Source of the DNA: Kudoa neothunni
Taxonomy: Eukaryota; Animalia; Cnidaria
DNA: 64,000 nt
NCBI GenBank assembly: GCA_964304625.1
Contig: OZ199838.1
Location: forward strand, 16,785,469 to 16,849,468
Reading direction: 5' to 3'
Shown: in pieces, positions 29,201-44,104 of the stretch
Position numbering within the stretch: the first letter of the stretch is position 1
Layout of the letters: each line of letters opens with the position of its first letter
Made by a program: the position numbers and the translations under genes
The notes under the pieces: model-generated
Told to the model about the DNA's origin: nothing
Seen by the model: the letters and a program-made list of their open reading frames with translations, nothing else
The model's database searches: none

Positions 29201-29560
29201 TTGGAAATAAATTAAATAACACGAGGTTGAATGTATCATGTGGAAGCGCGCGTCGCGTTTCAAGAGTAATGTCAGACCTACAAAATCACACAAAATTCTC
29301 TAACTTTAACCTTATTATTGACAGAAAATGATATAATACAATTTTGATCATGTATTAAATTAAGATTAATAAATCTTTCATTTAATTATGGAAAGCGATC
29401 AATGAAATAAACAATATAAATATATAAAAAAAGATATTTCAATTGTTACCTAGTCCTATAATTTAGTAGAGAAAAATATAAATATTAGTAATGTGAAATT
29501 AGTTATTTAATAGAGATAACAATTGCAGAGAAATTGATTCCCGTGGTAATAGCCACTACC
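26263..29560 (+). mobile_element. MULE/Mutator-like element with SWIM-finger transposase pseudogene (ZSWIM3-like)
   Basis: ~100-bp TIRs starting GG(C/T)AGTGGCTATTACCAC; perfect 9-bp TSD AATTAAAAA (26254-62, 29561-69); motifs LDATYK, IITDK, CIFH, TNNRLEAIN, CNC..LPC. Confidence 0.95.
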
Positions 29561-29700
29561 AATTAAAAATGGGGGTTCTCGACCAAGTCAAGATTTAACG
29601 TTTTTTGATTTATAAAGTAAATAACTATATTTAAATTATAATGAGTTTATTTAAAAATATATTATTTATATTTATTTCGCCATAAACTTTTGATACTAGG

Positions 29701-30737
29701 ATGGAACTAAATTCAGAAAATATCCGAAATAAAAAAATGATGTCTGCTATCCCTGATGAAGATAGAGTTAAAATTATCAATAAGTCCCTCGAAGGAAAAT
29801 CTACGAAACAAATACCTGAAGATCTTTCCATTAATTATAAGTCCGTTTGGAGAATCATAAAAAATTATAACAAGAATGGTCGCATACGTATCCAGAACCG
29901 TGGTGGCGATCAAAAGTCAAAGTTGTCTCATGATCAAAAACGTGAAATTTTATCATGGGTTGACTCTGATTGTTTATTGAGGTTAAATGACATGAAAAGA
30001 ATGATTCAGGAAAAATTTAATATTTCTGTGAGCAAAAGCACGGTTGACAGATACTTCAAAATTTTCTTTATACAATAAAATGTACTGTACCGATTCATGA
30101 GCGGAGAAATTGTGTGTCTACAATCGAAACTAGATATACCTACGCAAAGGATTTTAGAAAATTCGAGCTGGACATGGAGGATAAAACATTTATCTTTATG
30201 GATGAAGTAGGGTTTGCTATTGTTACGCGACCAAAAAGAGGACGGGCTGCTCGAGGTGCTTCTCCATATGTTTTTGTTTCGGCCACAAGAAGCAGAAACA
30301 TTTCAGTAGTGGCAGCCATGAATAAATATGGAATGATATTTCATAAAATTCATGATAAGGCGGTGAACGGAGAGGATCTTAAAAGTTGTCTAATTGAAAT
30401 AAAGGAGGCATGTACTTTAAAAAACATTAATGATCCTATCTTTATTTTGGACGATGCGCGTATTCACCATTATAAAGGACTACAAGACATTATAGACATG
30501 CTCGGACTCAAGTTATTCTTCTTGCCACCATACTCCCCATTTCTGAATCCACTAGAAAATATATTTTCTGTTTGGAAAAATTTGGTAATAAGAGGAGAAG
30601 CAAAAAATGAAATGGAACTTAAGAGGTTAATCTCTGACAAATTTGATGAAATTACCTCTTCCCATTGTGATGGCTTCTTCAGAAAAATGCTAAGATATCT
30701 CCAAAAAGCTGAAAATAGGGAAATAATAAATCAGTAA
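29701..30737 (+). pseudogene. DD34E transposase with one frameshift (~30060) between the HTH and DDE regions
   Basis: ORFs 29701..30078 (HTH) and 30114..30737 (FMDE, LDDARIH, PPYSPFLNPLE; 34 residues between D2 and E). Confidence 0.9.
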
Positions 30738-31969
30738 TATATTTTTATCCAAATATATTTAAATATATATTGGTTGTTATTATATTATTGAACAGTTTTT
30801 ATGCGCAATTTAATCTAAGTTAATTAAAATGAGTCTCATTAATTGCAATAGTTCTCACTTTGATCGGGAAACCCTATAAATGAAGTAATGGAAGCGGCGC
30901 ACAGTCTGCTGGTCATTTAGGCGTAGATAAAGCATTGAAAAAGTTCCAACCAATTTGTTATTGGTCTTCTCAGCGGATAGACGTATTGAACTGGTGCAAA
31001 TCTTGCAACACATGTGGAAAGCAGAATCGATTGAACAGGACTTACAAAACAGTTGATGTTATCGACGAAGTCAAAGAACCGTTGGAAAGAGTTGGTATCG
31101 ATGTAGTAGGACCATTGTCAACAACAGAAAGAGGTAACCGATTCATTCTTGTGGTCATGGATTACTACACAAAATTTTGCGAAGCATATCCTATGGTGGA
31201 TCAATCAGCTAAGACGTTAACAGATATTCTCATCTCTCAATTCTTCTGTCGATATGGGATTCCCAAAAAGATACATTCAGACAGGGGTGGCTGTTTTGAA
31301 TCTGAGGTGTTCAATGAGGTCCTCACGAAATTGGGAGTCGAAAAGACGAGAACCACTGCTTATTATCCCCAGTCGAATGGAATGGTTGAACGCTTCAATA
31401 GAACCCTGATTGACTGTTTGGTAAAAGTTTGCAGCGATAGAAATAATTGGGACGATGATATATTCTACGTCTTATGGGCCTATAGATCTGCAGTGCATGA
31501 GAAGACTGGCGTCTCTCCTAATCTTATGATGTTTGGACGTGAACATAGAAATCCATTCGAAACTTAAATTTGGTGAAAATATAAATGTGCCAAATCGTAC
31601 TAGAAGGTTTGTGTATAATTTCAATAACAGTTAAAAATATGCGAATAAGAAAATAAAATCTGAAAACGAAGTTCAAGTTAAAAATAACAAGTGTAACTTG
31701 TTTGGTCCATCCTCCTACAGCATTGGAGATAGAGTTTATGTTAAGAAAGTGATTAGAAAGAATAAATTAATTATAAAATTTATTCTATCGATGTTGATGG
31801 AGACGTAGAAACAATAAATTATGACAAACTTAAACCCTATTCCAGGTTTCAACATAATGGATATTATAATAACGAATCTCAATCAAATTTAAAGAGAACT
31901 AAGAAGAAACCAGTTTAGCTTCGTGACCATTTTCTTGGTTTGACACGAAAACAATAAAGAGTGAGGGAG

Positions 31970-32280
31970 TGTGATAATTATCGGCGATGTCGTTAATCTT
32001 TTGATGGGCTATTAGGAGGTCGGCAGGAAACCCTGTTGGTTTTAGTTAGTGGCCTACTGTTGGTTATTTGTTGAAAATTTTGTTATTCTATGCAAATGAA
32101 CCAAAAATTTCTGGAAAGTTTTAACTTCCTTGTAATATTTGATTTTATAGAAAGGAGGTTTAATCTTTGAAAGAAGAATACACAAAGTATGAATTTAATA
32201 TAAAATCAGCTGATATGAATGAACGAAAAATGCTTAAAATTGAGTCCTGACAGACCCCGCATCGTCCCCGGAAGGTTACA
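31970..32280 (+). repeat. Probable 3' LTR of the Gypsy element
   Basis: Purine-rich tract AAAGAGTGAGGGAG immediately before TGTGAT; ends ...GTTACA. No 5' LTR in the window to confirm. Confidence 0.5.
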
Positions 32281-34299
32281 AATTAACATCTTTAGTTCTT
32301 CATTCCGTCAAAAACAGCGTCATGAATCTCGTGGTAATCTAGCCTTCATTAGGGAAGACTTGCGAGTATACAGTAGGTAACCGATTTTCCGTAATCCCCT
32401 TGGGACCGCCAAGAAAGTGCGGGAAATAGGTCACGATGAGGACTTTAAAAAATCGGGAGTGTAGGGATTAAGTCAACGTGTTAACAAAGGTTGTGTGGTT
32501 CGTTCATTTTGGATTTTTTTAATCAATGTTAGGAGAAATTTTCTTATAAAAAGTCAGCAGTGCATTATTTTTTGGAATCAACTATTTTATTTCTTTTAAA
32601 ATATCAGCTAAACTACAGTACTTCAAAATCTGTGTACGAACTTCGGACTGTGTTGCATACAAAATCGGAAATAAAGTCGTTTCCTACAATTCGTCCATTT
32701 AATTCATTTCTTTTTCAAAAATTTTTTCATTTTTGATCTTATCACAAAAAATTAAATTATGTAGCCAAATTCAACTCAACAAGAATTAACCTATTAACTG
32801 GAAATAAATTTTAAGTCGAGCTCATTAGGATTCACGTGGAATCTCTATGTTGTTGATAAATACATCGCAAAAATTATTATTTCTCTATAATTTTAACAAA
32901 TTCAAAGTCATTAATTGTTCACTGATTTTTTTATTTATATCTGTTAGTAATAAGTGCGTATACGTTAAATCTTGTGACTTTGTATTTGAAAAACAGAACT
33001 TTTTGATTTATTCTGTTAAAAATTAGAAAAAAGATGTTTCAATTTAACGATGGCGAAATTCAATGTGGTTTTTAGTTTATAAATTTTTCCGGGTAATTTA
33101 TTCATAATTTAAAAAATTTTTATATTAATATTTGTTCCAAAATTCAAACATGAAAATTTTTAATTTATTTTATTAAGTTATCTTTTATTTATATGCATTA
33201 AGTAACCAAAACAAAAATATTCAATAATTATTTTTGAATTAGACTTAATTTTAAAGTAGAGCAATCGTCACAAATCAAAATATACGATTTTTAATTATTT
33301 ATGTAAAATCAACTATGAATATCAACAAGTCGATAAACATTTTTTCATGATTAATCTTAACAATATAAGAATGGTGTAGAACCTAAAAATGAACGTTTGT
33401 TACTTAGTTTTTGAATATAAAGTGAAATATTACGTCATATTTTATAACACATTTCAACACATAATCACCCTCGAAATTTACCCTCAATTTTTTCAAGGCC
33501 TAGCCACGACTGATTTTTCGCATTTTTTTATGCGCGCCACAGGGAAAAATTAAGTTTGTCCCCGCAAATTTATACAACACTATTATTCTACCCTCATTTT
33601 ATTAAATTTATATTATTAAATAATATATTACATTCAGTTTACAGTATAATTAAGGGCCATTATTAACCAATCTAAATTATAGGATGTGCGACATGTACCC
33701 TAAGGAAAAAAAGAATTCTCGTATTTCTCTTAACATAGAATTCCTTCAGTAAATACACGAAATTGCATAATAAAGTAGCCAGTAGATGTTTGTAAATGGG
33801 ATTTGTATCCATGCGAAAGTCCTAATTATCGTAAAGCAATATGTACGTACATTATACAAATTTTCCATCCAACTAAAAGAAAATTATTTTTCTTGCGTGC
33901 TCACCAGTGCAAACATAGGATTAAAGGTGGAAAATGTGCGAAAAAACAGGGATAAAAACGTTTATTGTAAGATATCGAAATGTAAAAAAAATCGGTTAAC
34001 TACTGTACGAGGTTAATAAAACAAAGATACATAATATAGACAATTAATCAATATTATATTAGGTTTAATCAAAAAAGGGTATATATGATTATTAATTGTT
34101 ATAAAATTATTCATTTCCTTTTGTATCTTTACGATATTAATCCTCATGTAAAAATAAATTATATCGTAAAATCTCAGTTTGGACTTCAAAGTGCGTCATA
34201 CGCCCACTTATCTCACCATTATCCGTGTCACACCAATAACACCAATAAGCAGGATTTTCCGTGCCCACCAAAATTTTTTCACATCCACCGGTGGGAAAC

Positions 34300-35061
34300 A
34301 CTGTACTATTGTTAAATCAATTTCATCTTTAGATTTCAAATTTTTTAATATCTTCGCCAACCAAGGAATTATTGAACGCTTGCAAATAAGTCAATAATAC
34401 TGGAGTATAGTCATAAATTATACCTTTTTAAACTATCAATTCTTGGAATTTCTTTCGGATAATTCATATGATTTTTTCTAAGGTGCGAAATAAACATTGT
34501 TTTGGCAACCTTGTTTGTAACAAGAATAGAGAAGAATTGAGAAGAATTTCAAACAGAACAGCCGCACAGTCGGAATAACGCGATCAATAGTCTTTTTGAC
34601 TGAAGGGTGAATCAAATATGAGAAACATGATATTCGAATAACATCCTTATGTTTCAATGAAATATTTTTACATCCTTTATGTAAAAAAAAAGATCCTGAT
34701 ACTATTGATAAAAGATTCCTCCAACTAAGTTTAAATCTCACCTAAGCATGGATATATAGCTTGCAATAAAAACTTATTTACAATCGGCTAAAATAATGAA
34801 GTCCCAAATAAACGTTTGTCTTTTATAGTTTGATCTATGATAAAAGCAAACGAAAACACCCATCGATTATTAATGAATATCAAACATTTCTTGATTTTTA
34901 TGATCTCTAAATAACGAATCGGGCCAAAAAAGACGTCCTTTGACGATTCTATTATTGTGCAATGTTTCAATGATGCAACATGTTCTTACATGTGGCTTTG
35001 TTTTGTGAATAACTTTAATTTTCAGTATCTGTATACAAATTCATTTAAACAAATTTCTAAA
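34300..35061 (-). pseudogene. Decayed hAT transposase related to the 782-2614 element
   Basis: HVASLKHCTI vs HVNSQKHCSI; FIIDQT vs LIIDES; IRISCFSYLIH vs VRISCFSHTIH. Confidence 0.7.
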
Positions 35062-37819
35062 GGTAGTGGCTATATCTCAGGTAATCAATATCTCTAAAAC
35101 TACTCAATATTGTTTGCCCATATTCCATATACCATATAATGTTTATCTAACTGAATATTTTGTAAATTTTTGAAAAATTAAAAAAAAATATTTTTTCTTT
35201 GTGTGACCATACACAAGTCCAACAGCAGCTGGGCACGATTTTTTATTTTTTTAATATAATTTCATCAATTATCATCATTATACACAAAATATAGAAATAA
35301 TAATAATGTTTGTCTTTTTTTTAAGAAATTAATATTCTTCACGTTATATGAAATAAAACAGCTTTCATATGACACATGTAGAGGATTATTCTCAAAATCA
35401 AAATTAAATTTTTTTATATATTTAATATTAAAATTATAATTTTATTTCTTTTTCTTTATAATTCCGATTGCGGTTAAACGACTTCCTCAAGGTCGACCAA
35501 TCGATTTAACTTTAGAAGGAATCACTAGATCTAAACAAAAATTAGCATAATTTTTTTAGGTTTAATCTTTTAATCGAGGTTCTTCTACGATGGCGTTTGA
35601 TTGATCGTTACAATCAATTTGTTCTTCTAGAGGACCAAAATCATCACCGGAATTAAGTTTTGGTATTTTGGTAGGTGAGAGTTCTATTAAATTTATCGAT
35701 GACTCCTAATTTTTATTAGTTAAAGTCAAATTATAAATTTTATACGTTTTCTTGAAATTCAGTTTCATCTTTAACTATATAAAATTTAACATATCATTTA
35801 TAAACAAAAATCACATGTATCAAGGAACTGATCGATAACCATGACATCGTGACATCTAATTATTTTTTCCATCGATCATTGTATAATGTTTCACAGAATA
35901 ACGGGAGTTTTTCTGATAACCTGTAACTTAGAATATGGCGACATGGTAATGAAAATAAGCGACAAAATAAACAATGACACGTTGATCGACTTGTGGTTTC
36001 ATTTGAGTTAGAGGATAATGCAGCATTGTCCAAGAATTTATGTTCTTTTTGAAGTATGATAAATGCATACTTCGTCAGACATTCTTTATAGTGTAGAACC
36101 TGCTTGTTGTTGAGAATATCGTTTGATTCATAATACAGTTGATTAATTGAAGAAACTTCCCTTTCAATTCTAAGTGAACTTAGAATTAAAAAAAAACCTT
36201 GGATGAAGTTGGCCAACGAGCTGAATTTTTGGACAACACTTTTAATTTTGGAATTTATTACCTCAAGGCGATTATTGGTTTCGTTGTCGTAAAAATTTTT
36301 CGTGTTGCTAATACCAATAACCCATTCATTGTATATTCCTTCCCAATTTCTTTTGAAATATTTACTTAATTTGGGACTTTTAAAATCGTGAATCCGGTCA
36401 ACGTAATGTAAATATTTATTGTAATCAGTCGGGTACATCATTTTTTGTAAACAACTTAAAATCTCTTGTCTTTTAGTAGAAGATATTTCAAATTTGTAAA
36501 CGGTGATATGTCTTTGAAAAATTTGATTCACATGAAATTTACATAAAATGAATGATGATTGTGGAAAACTTAATTTGAGACATTTTCTTAGCTTTTCATC
36601 CTTTTCTGTAACAATGGTATGTAAAATTTTTGATAAGTTTGGTATAAATTCTGCCAAAGTATTACAAAACCATTGGATGGAATTTTCCATCTCTTCGTAG
36701 AGAATGCAGGCACTCGAAATGTGAGTCAAACCAAAAGAATACTCCCCAGCAGATACGAATAACGGGGCTCTAAAATTATAAAATTATTCATCCATTTTCA
36801 AAAGTTACCTTGAATTAAGGAGTTTATAAGTTGCATCAATGAACATAACATCAGGATAAAATTCCAAAAATGATTTTATTATGTCGTCAGCGAAAAAATT
36901 CCATTAACGACTTTATGATTATCATATAAAATCCTAGCGTAACATTTGAAACCTTCTTTCAACATTTTCTCTATTACACATAGGTTATCACAGAATGAGT
37001 CTTCGTTTGCTCTAATATTGTGGATGGATTTCAAACGGATGTTTTTTACCCGTTTCGTTGTAAATTTTATTTTGAATTAATTTTTTATTGGCCCTAAGGT
37101 GAATTAATTCTACGAGATTTGGGTCATTTAGGTCAACTTTTCGTTGTTTTGGGAGATTTCGATATAGCACTGCACTTAAATCATGATTATGTTCTAATAT
37201 ACTAGAACGTACTTCAAGTGCTACACCATCAACAGAGGTCCTAAGAGATAAAACCAAGGGGCAGTTTCCCTTTAATGCTGGTTTGTTTCTAATTCCATCG
37301 GATTTTGTTTTATTCTTGCCACTGAAAATACAATGATATGTAATTTCATAATACCGCAGAGATTGGTTAATTGATTTTGTAATTCTATTTCGAATATTCG
37401 AAATAGTCCTCGCTTGATATTTATAAAGATTGCAAAAGTTTGATTCTTCGTAATTTTTTATAGCATTATCGAGTTCATCGAAGTAATGAAATCGTTTTCC
37501 AATTGCAAACAAATTTGAACTCATCCTGTGCCACGCTAATTAGAAAGAGAAATTGCGCTCTCAAGTTATACATAACTCAGAAATTTATTATTATTTCTAT
37601 ATTTTGTGTATAATGATGATAATTGATGAAATTATATTAAAAAAATAAAAAATCGTGCCCAGCTGCTGTTGGACTTGTGTATGGTCACACAAAGAAAAAA
37701 TAATTTTTCAAAAATTTACAAAAAATTAAGTTAGATAAACATCAGATGGTATATAGAATATGGGCAAACAATATTGAGTAGTTTTAGAGATATTGATTAC
37801 CTGAGATATAGCCACGTTC
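35062..37819 (-). mobile_element. MULE/Mutator-like element with SWIM-finger transposase (frameshifted)
   Basis: ~240-bp TIRs (35062-~35306, ~37585-37819); perfect 9-bp TSD ATTTCTAAA (35053-61, 37820-28); ORFs 37012..37524 and 35860..36729 with CKFH, TNNRLE, CHC..LPCRH. Confidence 0.95.
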
Positions 37820-38945
37820 ATTTCTAAATTAACTCACTTCTCAATATAATTCTCAAAATCGCATCCATTATGCCAGCGATTCCCGATTCATTTTAGTTTC
37901 CGGACCCTTACCACTTACAAGGAAAATTCCGCATCTCTTCTCAAAAAAGGGAGTTAAAATGGATTTATTCTTAGGTGGGGGAAATATTTGTATTAAAATA
38001 ACATTTAAGGAAAAAAGTCCATTTTAACAAGAAAACAAATGTGAATAAAGTAAACAATACGAACAAAAAAAATTAGATGTTTTGAATTTTTTTTCTTGTT
38101 TATTTTGGACAATAATTCGGTCAAAATGGGACCATTTATCAGATAAAGTTATAAATAAATCATAATTTGTAAAGGCGCATCTTTTGCTAATATTTTTTTG
38201 AAAAATATCAGATATGAATCGTTGAGATTCGGCGAAATTTTGGATTTTGTAGTTTTTTTGTTTAATTACAAATTTCAAAATTTATTGAGTTAATTAAACA
38301 TGTGACCCAATCTCGAATGCAAATTGATTTTAATTTAAAATAATTTAACCAAAAAATCTAAATAACGTAACTTTGATACTAATTTGGATTTAATTTTTAC
38401 TTGCCATATAGTTTAATTAAAAATAATAGATAATACAATTTTTAATAATTCAGCCCACTTTAAAACCTTTTATACGTTGTTTACCTTCCCCATTATAAAG
38501 TAAATACCTCATAATTTTGTACGTTTTGCCATTTAAAATTTAAACTAATAAATTTATTTACGAATGAAAAAGGAATAAGTTATCATTTTTATTGCATATA
38601 TTAATAAATAGTAAATAGTAGGTTGAAAGCATAAATTAATTTTCAACAAAATTCATCAAATGACTATTCATTTAACAGACTTATTTCAGCTTCGATTGCG
38701 CACGAATCACTCATGATATATTGTGGAGAGAGATTCTGATTACTTGGAATCAATACATTATATACAAAGCATGCTTAGCCGTACAATTTCTTCGTTGACT
38801 CTAGACGTGGGTCTCGGCTCCCCAGTTACTGCCTCACCAATGGGGAAGCCCTGCTTCATATCCATTCTTATTAACTCGTCCTTTCCTAACCAGCTCGAAA
38901 AATAAACGTCGAACCACCCTGATAGAATCAACGGTTTATGTGCCT

Positions 38946-39018
38946 GGACGATATGGCATAGTGGTGTTAGATATGGCTTGTGCAGCATGAGGTTGCGAAT
39001 TCGAATCCTACTCCTGGC
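38946..39018 (+). repeat. tRNA-derived (SINE-head-like) sequence or tRNA pseudogene
   Basis: A-box-like TGGCATAGTGG and B-box-like AATTCGAATCC at tRNA spacing; stems poorly paired. Confidence 0.45.
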
Positions 39019-39939
39019 GTTCTATATTCTTATTCCAAAATTGAATAGAAAGACTGTAGTAGTAGCAGCAGCAGCAGCAGGGATTTACGATTTATCGCAG
39101 TCTTGCTTGCAATTGGAAGGGTAGATCTCTGACGCTCATAAACTCCAGGGTACAAGAACGAAATAAAACCCAGTAGGGGGTTTCCATAGGGCCAACACGC
39201 TCATTCAGACGACTTTCCCAGACTAATTGTGGGTTAGTCCACGGTATGGTTAGGAATGGTGGTTGCTCCAAAAACGAGGATGTTTAATGGGTAAAAATCC
39301 CACGTTATTGCATGAACGTGAATCGCCTAAATATGACGCTGCGGTGTCTCCAACGTAAATGAAGAAGGCCTAACTTCACATCCTAACAAGTCGCGCCATG
39401 GATTTAACCTTATGAACAAAAAAGGACGGTTTTAATCCTTCGAAATAAAAAATTTCATGCTCTAATCATACGTTAACTTTTTGATTGTTTACCAATTTCT
39501 CAATATTATTGAAAGTTTCATGTTGCTCAATAATTGTACATATAATTTATATATGGGTTTCAGTTTCATTCAGACCAGACTACTAACGGATTAAACCATT
39601 TTATCCATCCTCGCATTACTTTATTTAATTAGTAACTGAAAATTTATACATCTATTTGTTAGAATGTTCAACTTTAAGGTACATTATATTAAGGGATTAA
39701 TAAAATTTTACAATATTCCCTCATATTTCGGAATTATTTTAACAGAATAAATTAATCCACTAATAGCTAAACATTTTAAGACGACCAACAGAAAAAGTAG
39801 CAATCCTGCATTAGTTTTAGCTAAAACGGAAAAAAGTGATATAAGAGTCGGAGAACCAAGTAAAAACGGTTATAAATCCTACCAAAAAATAATGTGATAG
39901 GTAACGATAAACCTCAAACAACGTTAAAACATGTATCGG

Positions 39940-41460
<1,521 letters not shown>

Positions 41461-43792
41461 GTTCTGTTGCTCTCTATTCAAAAGTAAGTTGATACAATAA
41501 CAGTTTGGATACAAATGATAGAAAAGACAAAAGATATTTTATCTCCAAGCGATCACTGCGAAAATGCCGCCTTATAACAACTGCGTGCGCGTAATGCTTT
41601 TACGCAGTTATACAACAATTCCATTTTTCGTATTTGTTTCACACAATCGCACAGTATCATTTCCCATATCTAAACCTCAAGATAAAATGTTCATGCTAAA
41701 AAATTATGTAGTGTTAGTTTCACTTAAAAATGTTGGGAATTCAAGGTTCACAGGCATTTTTCATTAGAGTAAAATAAGGCTTATTTTACAGTGAGATATG
41801 GGAAGGGATTTCACGTTCTTAAAGCGCCACCATAAGTAGTAGATTTATTTTTAATCATTGCGTATGTTCCTTTTTTAATTTGATTGTTTATATGAAATTG
41901 TGTTGATTCATGTCCATTACGAATTAGAAAATACAATTTTAGTGTAATTTTATTTTGATTACGTCAGAAAAAAATGCAAACTAATGAAGCAGATCGTTTC
42001 CACGTGTCCAATTACATTGGGTATAATTCTAAACAGGAGTTAGTTGTATTTTTATGCGAGTTTTTCCTTTCTAACCGCTTTTAATATATTTCTAAATTCA
42101 ACTGGATAAATTAAATTTTAGAGGGGTAAATAATGTAGTTGATCAACAATCATAAATGTCAATATTTTTTGTAATAAAATTAGTGCATATGGAAAATAAC
42201 ATTATATTTCGTAGAATACTGGTGACGGTGATGCTCTCATCAATGAAATAAGGGACATAAAATAAAAAATAAAAAAGGGCAGGATTTTTAGTTTTTAACG
42301 ATAAAATTATTATTTTTGATTTTTACAAAGATTCTAGCATGCAATTTCCAGAAAATACCATAAGTTCTCGCCCCTAATTATTATTTAAAACTATTCGGGA
42401 ATTTTCACATAATATTCATAAATTCCTGCAAGAGTTGAAATCATTGTACTGTAGACGCCTACCGCTCGTTCGTAATCCCCACGGGGATTGGAAAAATGTA
42501 CGGGAACATGGTCCCAGGTCAATTTTCACACCCTAGCGCATGCACAATATTTTTAATAAAATAAATATCGCGACTCACGTTATTGATTAAACTTGTATTA
42601 TTTAGGTTTTATTAGTTATTAATTTTTCCCATTTTTGAAATACAGTCAAATCTCGAATAAAATAATGATTTCGTTTTTTCTAATTAGCATACCGTGCAAC
42701 GTCGAAATAATAGATAACGTAAAGTGGTGAATATTAGTAGCCATGGCACCTCTCGATGACGAATAATCAAAATATATGATTATTTAATATATTTCTCATG
42801 TATTTTTGTAATTATATGATTTTTTCGTAGCTCTTTTTTCTGTAATTGCGATTTATATGTACAATGTAGTCAAAATTACTTAAAATTAAAAACATTTTCA
42901 TTTATTTGACGCATAATATTATAGAAAAAAATATTATACATCTTTATAAAAATTAATGAAGCATAAATATGCGTTTCGTTAAAAGTACGAACAAGTCGAC
43001 AGTAAGAAAAATTGATCACCCACCGAATGTAGTTATACTAAATAAAAACTGCTCCTTAAACGAATACGCCGATTGACCAAATTTACATCCAAAATTCATC
43101 TGAAACCTATGAGAAAAAGACTGGGTACAAGATCGAATATCAGTGATCGCGCCATTTTCGAAAATGATTGTTAATCTCTAATAGACCAAGTAAGCCAAGT
43201 ACACTTGAAAAATGAGGTTTTGATTAAAAATGATAATGAGTTTAGAAATGATAGGGTAGGTAACCCCCTTGTGAACGACAAGAAAGTGAGTACTAAACGT
43301 TGCAGCCGATAGTACACAATTGAAATACGCGTGTGGTTATTTTTACTTTCTTTATTTTTCACAATGAGTAATACAACTTATATTTAGATAAGAACATCTA
43401 AAAGTACATTATTCACAATATTTGAATGAAAAATAGTTTGTAAAATTAGTAAAAATCAATATTTTTTGATAAATATTTATATTCTTTTATATTGGGATAA
43501 AATTTAATAGATAATCGATTCTATGAAATTATAAATGTTTTTTTATATTTTGACCTTAACAATTTAAAAAAGCTCACCTTACTATTTAATTTGGACACAT
43601 CGTATACTGTAAAATGTCTAATGACGATTATTTTTGCGCTTTTAGATAAATTTTGGAATAATTTTCCATTATTTCTAATATTCATACAAAAATGCAACTG
43701 CTAAAATTTAAATTCCAACCTCCTTCTCAATAAGAAAAATAAAATCTATGTGTTTTGGCCAAAAAAGTGCGTATGCGTATATGCGTATAATC

Positions 43793-44027
43793 CAGTGATT
43801 CCCAACCGAGTTTCTAAAATTGAACCAAGAATACATAAAATAGCTTAAGAAAAAAACAACTAGAAATCTCATTAGTTATATATTTATATCAGTTATTATT
43901 TGTTGTTTTATGATTGAAAAGATAGAAAATGAATATGTGGAATTTTTTCTTAGCACTTTAAAAGTATATATATACTGAATTCTTAATACAATTCTCATAT
44001 TTATTGATTGAAGTTCGATAGACCTAT

Positions 44028-44064
<37 letters not shown>

Positions 44065-44104
44065 TACAAGGGTTCGAAAACGCCCAAAAGGTTGGGAACC
44101 AGTG
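43793..44104. mobile_element. 312-bp hAT (Buster/Charlie-type) MITE containing a (GT)n microsatellite
   Basis: TIRs CAGTGATTCCCAACC / GGTTGGGAACCAGTG; perfect 8-bp TSD GTATAATC (43785-92, 44105-12); (GT)n at 44030-44063. Confidence 0.9.

Larger units (their letters stand above)
26107..30876 (+). mobile_element. Tc1/mariner-IS630 superfamily DD34E transposon
   Basis: ~40-bp TIR TAGGGTTTCCCGATCAAAGTGAGAA(T/C)TATTGCAATTAATG with TA duplication (26105-6, 30877-8); transposase 29701..30737. Confidence 0.93.
24117..32280 (+). mobile_element. Ty3/Gypsy LTR retrotransposon, 5'-truncated and decayed, interrupted by nested DNA transposons at 26107-30876
   Basis: Gag knuckle CYYC..NGHMSKNC, protease IVDTGS, RT YLDD (24746..25621), RNase H DTDAS, integrase HHCC and D,D,E core (30935..31567); order PR-RT-RH-IN. 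Confidence 0.95.

Noticed and set aside
30050-30075. IS630-style programmed -1 frameshift between the HTH and DDE ORFs
   Set aside because: No convincing slippery heptamer (only CAAAATTTT); a simple 1-nt deletion explains it
38800-38865. Hammerhead-like arrangement around the GC hairpin
   Set aside because: Core would be ATGAAGC/GAGAC rather than CTGANGA/GAAA, and stem I does not pair
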